Assembly: GCA_039818205.1 (NCBI GenBank)
Contig: JBCBUK010000002.1
Coordinates: 480,001 to 544,000, forward strand
Direction of reading: 5' to 3'
From: Verrucomicrobiota bacterium
Lineage (GTDB): Bacteria > Verrucomicrobiota > Verrucomicrobiia > Opitutales > Cerasicoccaceae
DNA length: 64,000 bases
Shown: positions 19,901 to 26,199 of the stretch, one piece after another
Numbering within the stretch: the first letter of the stretch is position 1
How the letters are laid out: every line of letters starts with the position of its first letter
Position numbers and translations under genes: made by a program
Notes under the pieces: model-generated
What the model was told of the DNA's origin: nothing
The model's database searches: none
What the model saw: only the letters and a program-made list of their open reading frames with translations

Positions 19901-20398
19901 ACCATTGATCCCTAAGCTCGCGTAGTGATCGGCGGTTGCGGTAACGATCGCGTCGGACTTAGCACAGTTAAGTGGCCAAGTCGCACTATACTCTCCGATA
20001 ATGGGTATGGTGATCTGCAGGGTCTGGGGAATGTCGTCACGTTCGATGTCTAGGCTCAAGATGCCGTCATTGGCTTCGGCAGCGGTAATAACATCCCCGA
20101 GTAGAACCCGCGGGCGATCCCCTGTGATGGAGATTCCGTTGATGGCACGGATTACGTCGTTGACCAAGAGAACGCCGCTGGCGGGTGTGCCGCTGATGAT
20201 TTCACTCACGACGAGATCGTGGCTGGATCCATTGGGCACAAAACGCGATTCAATCCCGGTGACGCCAATGTTGAATGGCCCGTAGGTATTTCCTTCGGTA
20301 ACCACGACGTCGACCCTCTCGGCATGACTTGTGATCGACAGGATTAGGCCAAGCATCGTCAGGCCGATTTTGATCAACGTAGTTCCAGATCTAAACAT
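13955..20398 (-). CDS. Giant secreted modular protein: DUF6288-like N-terminus (PDZ-like + alpha/alpha barrel), HEAT repeats, PKD, several Ig-like/Big_9 repeats, PA14-like, LamG, and a verrucomicrobial-type C-terminal domain
   Basis: Signal peptide; GTPASGVLLVNDVIRAING; YSATWPLNCAKS; LGEYYLRTGD; PPVAEAGPNQ..DSDGQIVSWVW; repeated P.HG.L.G..PN.TY..GY.G.DSFTF; LIAYWKFDE..W.HVVLTWD..LDDLAIWSRILT. Confidence 0.85.
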   Translation of the reverse strand: MFRSGTTLIKIGLTMLGLILSITSHAERVDVVVTEGNTYGPFNIGVTGIESRFVPNGSSHDLVVSEIISGTPASGVLLVNDVIRAINGISITGDRPRVLLGDVITAAEANDGILSLDIERDDIPQTLQITIPIIGEYSATWPLNCAKSDAIVTATADHYASLGINGSNPVNKAFQALFLLSTGDDAYLDEVATYAQSIGSGSDGPSSNWSLGYSGIVLGEYYLRTGDTTVLPSLQGICDKLLEQNIGGAWAANGGYPSIGYADGGILNAAGAPALAALVLGQECGVTLDQAEFEKCLTYFWRFAGRGGLSYGIYQPDITILNGNSKNATMACFLNVLGESDARFSAAAETMAMQVLHAYPAWESGHTGNGLRLGWEALAISLLPATKDSLNRQHNDALKWYFDLCRHPLGGFKKIPSAGSDQYQSRDWGAVAGLIYTAPRKALRLCGGTPTPYSVTTPVPTLGWGNAADDSIFGIDHLAEYGVDDLSIEDLRINQKNADAFSVSYFERYLYHATQIYRNVGARRLADKYNDGDSTALTPLLAALQHSDFRVRREAMYGISSSGIDSSVVGAQALPLVESVLNDPDAALWELHGVLGLLAASDPASIVPHRSRLYSLAEHSDNWMREEVAKAIGALGEEAQAGDVTVLSAMFGREPFFNSRKIIYNQCVELVESLVANGQLTIAEREQLIQTIGRNFLSDPYIDGYSETRHLYTGAQTLGILDAFNDEMLMELLIDEASFWLHQWNAAWGWSGSFNSFSDYADAMGISGAWIIHSFKEIEDKAEYAVYVDGNEDLEDTHTSINALIDTFESSHGFVPYPWNPPVAEAGPNQTMPPVVVLDGGQSTDSDGQIVSWVWELDGELIARGEEVPIYDLPLGIQTLQLRVTDNYGLQSTDTMAVNVSDILNTPPIADAQRIIVMEGGSAELTLTGSDANGQAITYAIVDPPTHGMLDGVPPNVTYTASPGYNGSDSFTFTTNDGIEDATPATVEITILSDTGNPPGLYFARQQRYNQGPNPNTQVSLDLSEADTGYTDHIVVFSGFIYDADGHISLTEYIHSEAYFYIDGVLVHSDTQWDVRTSTGDLALAPGWHEIEIRALNHRGTEEAPGIGYDPTGGTNWVALADPGDGSVLRHDGSQAGTNIAPVALGASYITSSSTVLLEPKGSDANLDAYYYTITSTPANGSLSFPYFNGGYLSNPRYQPDAGFVGIETIEYVVNDAQAESTTGAIKVSVVHEWTPEAMGQSFIAAEGIQNWITLEAVDANGQELSYEVLTQPANGTLTGNAPDLRYEPTPGYNGPDSFTFRAYHGSYLGEAQTVYINVVQDLNWVTLVSDDFEGPAWGSYASDDGANVASNFEKASSGEYVLSMKPGNQHSVELVNPIDISTPGYDVIRIDFQLATTATSSGSGFDVDFFDGTTWHTIARFDNIHATKTLSEFTYKDNGASLHKTIYIEARDYNFSPNMKIAFRSGPIGTSRHHVYLDDIVIRAATSGGRANVRPTAYSQSLIANPGGVEITLAAIDPDDDPLSYNYTNPSHGSLSGVAPNLTYTPNMDYSGPDSFTFWANDGTGDSNIASIGILADQDVASNNAPIANDQMVFVNEGQSVALTLTGRDGDGDPLTFSIATDPTKGTVTGTPPDIVYQSTPGQVGSDSFSFVPNDGLVDGASGTISVTIYPDTQPPLPNASRWYEPPRELGPGSVTMTAQSGFEISGVEYYFECVAGTGHDSGWQDSATYVDTNLSRGQTYTYTVRARDKSAAQNETTASVAESVTIDGGISSPLGNGLIAYWKFDEMSGMTLEDHSGWGHHGDMHIDDADTYPELIDGVLEGGVEFYPEAEYGVGNGFRIDSGGPDLPTAFSISFWIFPKSPQRHATILSQRGETTGLSYRLELEESGWHIDFECPGTTTLRARGWNPPDWTHDWVHVVLTWDSQSGLRRFYVNNEIVAEDYNAVAVPPSDLIASDRLLMMGYYSQSFGSGNPNGQNYLSAHLDDLAIWSRILTDDEIAWLYNEDAGHSVAISEYTFEAWINRYLVYELKGFDDDFDNDGLANGIEAILGTNPEVADTRVGNFQSNGLTTTMTHPIHEPALIDVLGSYEWSLDLQNWYMSDGIDGPLSGATVTSAVTTVDGMATITLTSSELLPQIFVRLSAASE

Positions 20399-20967
20399 TC
20401 TAAAGGGGTTTGGCCGCTCAGGCCAATCGGGCTCCAGTTCCTGGGGGAGGATTCAATTCCCAAACCGTTAAGCCGATCCACCTGGAGGGCTCATGGGTTT
20501 TGAACAGGTGTGGTCTCTATCTGTGGTTGGGAAGGTTGTGGGTTCTCGACGAAATGGGTTTTAGGGAATTTAGCCCATTAGTTTAGGCCTTTCTCGAGCG
20601 AGGATACAATCAAAAACATCATTAAGATCTATTCATAAAGAGATGGTTAGTAGGGGCTTATGTTTTGTTTGGTCGTTTTTCTACTCGCCTGGAGTAGACA
20701 CCGTCATATTTTTCCGAAATGGATGAATCACCTCCACGCGAGAGATTGGCCCTGAAAACGAAACGGGTGTGTGTTCTCCAGAACAGCGTCGTCTGGTCGA
20801 CAGCTTGGCGGTGCTTGTGGAAAAATTCGCGAAACTTTTCGTTGACCGATTCACTCTTCTAGACCATTTAATAATCCCTCGTCGTATTAAATTAACCTGA
20901 GGCATCCTTCATGAATAATCCAGATCGCTACAGCAAAATTGGCATTAAGCCACATGGCTGCGACTGG

Positions 20968-21042
20968 ATGAACCTTCCACTGATCGTAGTGAATGGTGTC
21001 TTTACCGCCTCAGGTCCCCCCAACGATGTGCGCATAGCATAG
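20968..21042 (+). CDS. Putative leader peptide MNLPLIVVNGVFTASGPPNDVRIA (24 aa)
   Basis: ATG 20968 to TAG 21042; ends 25 nt before a terminator that precedes the ABC transporter start. Not in the ORF track (too short). Confidence 0.55.
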   Translation: MNLPLIVVNGVFTASGPPNDVRIA

Positions 21043-21067
21043 GTTAGCCGCACGCCGCCGTAAATCA

Positions 21068-21096
21068 CCCAGGGACCACTCGCCCTGGGATTTTTT
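21068..21096 (+). terminator. Attenuator-type intrinsic terminator upstream of the ABC transporter
   Basis: CCCAGGG-accactcg-CCCTGGG-ATTTTTT, ~30 nt upstream of ATG 21125. Confidence 0.8.
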
Positions 21097-21124
21097 GTCT
21101 TCCCAATTTCAATATACTTACGCA

Positions 21125-23413
21125 ATGACTCCCGATATTACTGACCGACTTTCCCGAGACCGCACAATTATTGAACGATACGCGGGGCAACCCGCGCAGA
21201 TTCCAGCGGATCTTCTCGAGCGCTTTCGCGGGCTCAACGGTGATCGTCCGCCGCAACTGTACGCGCTCGCGGATCTCCAGGCCGATGGACAACTGACCAG
21301 AAGCTGGTTGGTCCTCGGCCACTACGAGGTCTTCTTTTTCGAAGACGAACATGATACGGACCCGGACCGCATTGATCGTTCCGCGATCAAGCAGGTTCGA
21401 GAATTGCCCGGATTGAGTTCGAGTGCGCTCCTGCTTCTCGACGACACGTCGCGCCTTCCGCTGATGCAGGTTAATTATTCTCGGCGGCAGAAGCAGGCGA
21501 TGGAAAACATTCGTTTCGTGCTGGACCAGTCGACCCAAGGGCAAACGGTATCTCCGGAGGATGCGGACCGCGCCTACGCCGAAGCCGTCAGCAGCAAGAT
21601 CAAGGATGCGCAGTCGTCCATCATGTCCGGGCAGTTTCAGATTATCCTACGATTGATGAGCTACTTTAAGCCTTACCGTAAGGATGTGACGATTGGCTTC
21701 ATTGCGGCGCTGATCGTGACGGTGCTGAATCTGGTGCCGCCTTTTATTACTGGTTACACCATCGATAAGATTTTGAAACCGATGGAGGATGGTGAACTGA
21801 ACTCGCGAACCGCGACGGAAGTGACCATCGCGATTGTGGGTGGTTTGGCGTTGCTCTATATCGTGCGTGAGTTGTGCGTATGGATTCGCCTAAAGCGGCT
21901 CGCCTATCTTGGGGAGAACGTGGCCCACGATCTGCGCCGGGATCTCTATAGTCACCTGCAGAAGCTGAGCTTGGGCTTCTTCTCTAAGAAGCAAACGGGT
22001 AGCATCATTAGCCGGGTGAGTTCGGATACTGATCGCCTGTGGGATTTCATTGCGTTTGGAATAATCGAGGCGGCCTTGTCGATCTTCATGTTGGTCGGGC
22101 TGGGAGTCGTTTTGACGAGTATGGACTGGCAGCTTGGTCTGGTCTTGATCTTGCCCATCCCGGCTTACCTCTACGCGTTTTATGCTCATAGTAAACAGAT
22201 CAATCGCTACTTCCTGAAAGCATGGCGCAAGTGGTCGGACGTGACCGCGGTTCTCTCGGATACGATTCCCGGAATGCGTGTGGTCAAAGCGTTCAGCCAG
22301 GAGAATCGTGAAGTGAATCGTTTTGGTGATCGTAACACGAAGGCCTTGGAAAGCTTCCATTCGGTGCACGATGTCTGGACGAAGTTTTGGCCCTGCTTGA
22401 TGGGGTCGTTTCACTTGGTCACCCTTGTTGTCTGGGCGATGGCGTTGCCGCGGGTGTTTGGGGAGTGGGGGCAGCCACTGAGTGTGGGCACCTTCGTTGC
22501 CTTCCTGATGTACATGGCAATGTTCTTTCATCCGCTCGAGATCATGGGGCAAATTACACGAATGCTTAATCGGGCGGTCAGCTCGGCGCACCGTGTGTTT
22601 GAGATCATGGATACGGAGCCCGATCCCTCCTTGGCCAATGAGCGTGATCAGGTCGACGAACTCAAAGGAGAGATTGAGTTGAAGAACGTCAGCTTCTCCT
22701 ATGACGGGGTTCACGAAACGCTTCACAATATTTCGTTCCACATCAAGCCCGGTGAGATGATTGGCCTCGTTGGTCCTTCCGGCGCCGGAAAAAGCACGAT
22801 TACGAACTTGATCGCGGGCTTCCACCAAGCAACCGGTGGGCAGGTCTTGGTTGATGGTCAGGATCTGTCCGAGACCGATGTTTCCAGTTACCGCGAGCAC
22901 CTGGGCATGGTTTTGCAGGAGCCATTCTTGTTCCACGGTTCGCTTTTGGAGAACATCCGCTACGGTCAAAAAGATGCTGGGCTCGAAGATGTGATTGCGG
23001 CGGCGCGTGCGGCTAATGCGCATGACTTCATTTGCCGTCTGCCGCTCGGGTATGATACCGTCGTGGGTGAACGGGGCCACACGCTCTCTGGCGGTGAGCG
23101 CCAACGCATATCAATTGCCCGCGCGATTCTGCACAATCCAACGATTCTAATCTTGGATGAGGCGACGAGTAACGTGGACACCGAAACTGAACGGAAGATT
23201 CAAGACGCATTGAACCAGCTGGTCCGGGGGCGCACAACCATCGCGATTGCACACCGACTGTCGACACTCAAGCAAGCGGATCGCCTCCTGGTGATGAAGG
23301 AAGGTCGTCTGGTCGAGGAGGGCTCTCATCAGGAACTGCTGGCGCTGGAAGATGGCGTTTATCGAAAACTCCATGATCTACAGGTGGAGTTGCATGAACA
23401 GTTCGCGGTTTAG
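21125..23413 (+). CDS. ABC exporter (fused TMD+NBD, MsbA-like) with N-terminal extension
   Basis: Walker A GPSGAGKS, LSGGERQRISIARA, LILDEATS, IAHRLST; 6-TM membrane domain; ~170 aa soluble N-terminus. Confidence 0.93.
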   Translation: MTPDITDRLSRDRTIIERYAGQPAQIPADLLERFRGLNGDRPPQLYALADLQADGQLTRSWLVLGHYEVFFFEDEHDTDPDRIDRSAIKQVRELPGLSSSALLLLDDTSRLPLMQVNYSRRQKQAMENIRFVLDQSTQGQTVSPEDADRAYAEAVSSKIKDAQSSIMSGQFQIILRLMSYFKPYRKDVTIGFIAALIVTVLNLVPPFITGYTIDKILKPMEDGELNSRTATEVTIAIVGGLALLYIVRELCVWIRLKRLAYLGENVAHDLRRDLYSHLQKLSLGFFSKKQTGSIISRVSSDTDRLWDFIAFGIIEAALSIFMLVGLGVVLTSMDWQLGLVLILPIPAYLYAFYAHSKQINRYFLKAWRKWSDVTAVLSDTIPGMRVVKAFSQENREVNRFGDRNTKALESFHSVHDVWTKFWPCLMGSFHLVTLVVWAMALPRVFGEWGQPLSVGTFVAFLMYMAMFFHPLEIMGQITRMLNRAVSSAHRVFEIMDTEPDPSLANERDQVDELKGEIELKNVSFSYDGVHETLHNISFHIKPGEMIGLVGPSGAGKSTITNLIAGFHQATGGQVLVDGQDLSETDVSSYREHLGMVLQEPFLFHGSLLENIRYGQKDAGLEDVIAAARAANAHDFICRLPLGYDTVVGERGHTLSGGERQRISIARAILHNPTILILDEATSNVDTETERKIQDALNQLVRGRTTIAIAHRLSTLKQADRLLVMKEGRLVEEGSHQELLALEDGVYRKLHDLQVELHEQFAV

Positions 23414-23451
23414 ACCCGAACAATAACAAAGAACCTTTGAATTGAACGAAT

Positions 23452-23940
23452 ATGAATGCGAAGAACAAAAATATCTTAGCTGATCTACAATTGGCCTCCT
23501 GTGGAGCCGGTCGCTTGACTGCTTGGTACGAGGGTAAAGAGGCCGTGTTGGTCCGCCCGGTAAAGTGCTTTCCCCTGAGTGAGCCTGACGAGCATCTATC
23601 TTTGCGCGATGACAAGAATGAAGAGTTTGCCTTTATCATCTCGCCGGATGAGTTGGATGAGGCCTCCGCAGCAGCGCTGCGCGAGGCTCTCACCGCTGGT
23701 GGATTTACTTTCGCAGTGACCGGGATCGAGGAGATTCGGCAAGACTTCGAGCTGCGCGTTTGGAAGGTCCGCACTCAGGCGGGCGAGCGGCAGTTTCAAA
23801 CCGCGCTTGATGCCTGGCCACGTGCTGTTGACGATGGCAGCTACCTGATCGAAGACGTTTTCGGCGACCTCTACCGGGTCCCGCCATCAAGCGAACTGGA
23901 TCCCATCAGCGCCAAGAACCTCTGGGGCATGGTGGGGTAG
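23452..23940 (+). CDS. DUF1854 family protein
   Basis: VRPVKCFPLSEPDEHLSL, WKVRTQAGERQF, LIEDVFGDLYRV..LDPISAK; this family usually follows such ABC exporters. Confidence 0.8.
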   Translation: MNAKNKNILADLQLASCGAGRLTAWYEGKEAVLVRPVKCFPLSEPDEHLSLRDDKNEEFAFIISPDELDEASAAALREALTAGGFTFAVTGIEEIRQDFELRVWKVRTQAGERQFQTALDAWPRAVDDGSYLIEDVFGDLYRVPPSSELDPISAKNLWGMVG

Positions 23941-23984
23941 TGGTCGGCTTTGGGGGGCGCTTATGCTGTTGGATTCGCCAAGTA

Positions 23985-24944
23985 TCACTGAACCGGCGTT
24001 TTGCCGAGTAGCTCGCGGCGTTTTTTGCCGATGAGGATGCGCCAGTCCGAGATACTCATAGATTGAATGAATTGCAGCCAGGTTGGCGGCGGGTTGGCGG
24101 CTAAAAGCTCTTCGGCAGTGAAGTCCTGCGACTCGATGGGGAAGAATCCTCGAGCGTTAAGCATGAGACCGCAATCTGGGCAGGTTTGCAGCGAACTGTG
24201 CAGTTTGCGTTTTTGAAAATGAATGTAGGCGCGCTCCTCGCTTTCGAGTGGAGCGTTTGCATCCTTGCGGAACAGGCGTTCGATACGGCCATCTCGCCAA
24301 ACAAAGGCTTGATGGGTATAGTTGGTTCCGCGACTGGTTTTGAATGCCGCCCGATCCGGTATGATATCGGCACAGACCTCTTCAACATACAATGGCACGG
24401 CCATCGATTTCATGATCGCGTGGATGCCATGCCATTCGTCGAAAATGTAGTGCTTCGACTGGGTAAAGACGTTCTCGAACCCGGGGCCCGCGGATTCAGA
24501 GCGGAAGGCGTTGTTGATCGTCTCGGAATTTCTGAGCAAACAAAGATGCCCGCGCACGAGTATCTGGTCGTGTTTGGTCAACACCTCATCTGTGAGAAAA
24601 CGGTCGAGTCGGCCGAAAATGACATCGAGATCGCAGTATCCCCAAAAGTCGTAACCCGCGATTTCTTCGGCAAAAATGACTCCGAACGCCGGTCGGAAAT
24701 CGCAAATCTTGTAGGGCCCCGGCAGGCAGGCTTCGAGTCCAAGGGTTTGGGTAGCTGTCTTCTGGAAGGAGTCCAGTGTCATATGTTTGACCAGAACGTT
24801 TGAGGGAGGCTTTACCTCGATAGTCTGGTCAGAGATTAGCAGCCAATTGAACGACGGGTTGTTCGCGCAAGATTCGAACCATAGGGGAAGCCAGCTTGGC
24901 AGCTTGCCGAAATAGATCGCGATGATTAATGCGCGGGCGGGCAT
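23985..24944 (-). CDS. DUF6625-like putative glycosyltransferase
   Basis: YFGKLPSW..SCANNP..WLLISD, PYKICDFRPAFG, YDFWGYCDLDVIFG (DxD), YIHFQKR. Confidence 0.78.
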   Translation of the reverse strand: MPARALIIAIYFGKLPSWLPLWFESCANNPSFNWLLISDQTIEVKPPSNVLVKHMTLDSFQKTATQTLGLEACLPGPYKICDFRPAFGVIFAEEIAGYDFWGYCDLDVIFGRLDRFLTDEVLTKHDQILVRGHLCLLRNSETINNAFRSESAGPGFENVFTQSKHYIFDEWHGIHAIMKSMAVPLYVEEVCADIIPDRAAFKTSRGTNYTHQAFVWRDGRIERLFRKDANAPLESEERAYIHFQKRKLHSSLQTCPDCGLMLNARGFFPIESQDFTAEELLAANPPPTWLQFIQSMSISDWRILIGKKRRELLGKTPVQ

Positions 24945-24960
24945 GGCTGGTTTGGTAAAA

Positions 24961-25761
24961 TCAAGATTTCTTGAACCGGGTCGCGGAGTTGACCATCAGT
25001 CGTTGTCTCATCGCAAAGGGTAGTTTCTGGGAGATGGACTCGAACCATTCTACGGCTGATCGCGGCATTGCTTTAAGGGCGTACTCTAACTTAACATGCC
25101 CATTGGTAAGCGAATTGGTAAAGAGCTGATGCTTTTCCAGGCCTAGGCCTGAGCTTTTTGCTAACCATTCGATCTCGTCAGGCCACAGTAGGAAAATGTG
25201 GCCATCGGAGTTTGGTTTAAACTGCACATCTTCGAAAACGCTGGGGTCTGGGCATTCGGAAAATTTGGGGAGGTCGTTCCGAAAGTAGGCTCCGTTGGGA
25301 GTGCTCATGATCACGTAACCGCCGGGCTTTACCATCGTGGCAATCTTGGTCAAAAACTCATCCGGATGGGCCACGTGCTCGATGATCTCGGTAATGAGGA
25401 CGCAATCAAACTGCTCACCGAATCCGAGCTCGAACACATTGCCCGGTGCAAACTCAATACTTCCGTGTTCGTGCTTCAGTTTGACGTATTCGGCAAGGTC
25501 TTCTCGGAGGTCATTCCAGGTTACCTTGTAACCTTGTTCGGCAAGGTATAATGAGAAATTGCCCTGGGCGGCGGCAACGTCGAGCACGGAGCTTCCTTTG
25601 GGCAAGACCTCGTCGAGCAAAGCCAAGGTATATTTACGCCGGTTGGCATAGGAGTAGACATAGCCGCGATTCGTGACTTCTCCCCAAATCTCTTCCTGGT
25701 CATAGGGGTAGCTGTATTTCCAAGAGTCCGGCCAAGAGTCATCTAGTTGCAGGCGTTTCAT
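24961..25761 (-). CDS. Class I SAM-dependent methyltransferase
   Basis: VLDVAAAQG, FDCVLITEIIEHV, KPGGYVIMSTPN. Confidence 0.9.
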   Translation of the reverse strand: MKRLQLDDSWPDSWKYSYPYDQEEIWGEVTNRGYVYSYANRRKYTLALLDEVLPKGSSVLDVAAAQGNFSLYLAEQGYKVTWNDLREDLAEYVKLKHEHGSIEFAPGNVFELGFGEQFDCVLITEIIEHVAHPDEFLTKIATMVKPGGYVIMSTPNGAYFRNDLPKFSECPDPSVFEDVQFKPNSDGHIFLLWPDEIEWLAKSSGLGLEKHQLFTNSLTNGHVKLEYALKAMPRSAVEWFESISQKLPFAMRQRLMVNSATRFKKS

Positions 25762-26086
25762 CGTAATGCAAGTGTTCTATATTCTTTGCCACTTGCGTCA
25801 AACTCGATTCCAGGTCGGGGCCTCTAGCACCCACGAGGTTCTTTGATTTATCTCCTGGAGTTTAGTAGCTCTATCGCCGCATTCACGTCGTTGGCTGCCA
25901 TATGATAGATGATTGTATTGAGAGCGGTCTTACGCGTTATTCCCTCAGGTAGTTGGATGCTCCTATCCCAGGCGTTGCTCTGGTCGTGCTTCATGATTTG
26001 CATCGCGAGGCTACTACTGGCACTCAATGCCGCATGTGAATTTAATTTTCATTGGTCGTAGTTGATGTCAGTAGGCGCTGCATAAG

Positions 26087-26117
26087 AAAAAGATGGCAGG
26101 GCCTCCCCCTGCCATCT
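26087..26117 (-). terminator. Intrinsic terminator downstream of the DUF5060 gene
   Basis: AGATGGCAGG / CCTGCCATCT stem with U-tract on the minus strand; a second long hairpin lies at 26128-26161. Confidence 0.75.
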
Positions 26118-26199
26118 CTGCCATTACCGACCAGTTATAGATTGCTATCTACGACTGGTCGCCCTTTTCAGCAATTATTAGCGTGTTTCCGACTTGCGA

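Noticed and set aside
20400..20620. Possible riboswitch in the leader of the giant gene
   Set aside because: Some stems exist (TTGGCC/GGCCAA, CTCCAG/CTGGAG), but I recognise no aptamer consensus or expression platform; an Rfam scan would be needed.
20681..20905. 74-aa minus-strand ORF upstream of the attenuator
   Set aside because: No recognisable motifs or start context, so it cannot be supported as a gene.
21890..23104. 404-aa antisense ORF inside the ABC transporter
   Set aside because: It lies entirely opposite a well-supported gene and has no recognisable motifs; a typical shadow ORF of GC-rich coding DNA.
25402..25427. GCAATCAAAC inside the methyltransferase gene as a third ECF promoter
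   Set aside because: The N12-spaced element is CCGA rather than CGTC, and the site is intragenic.
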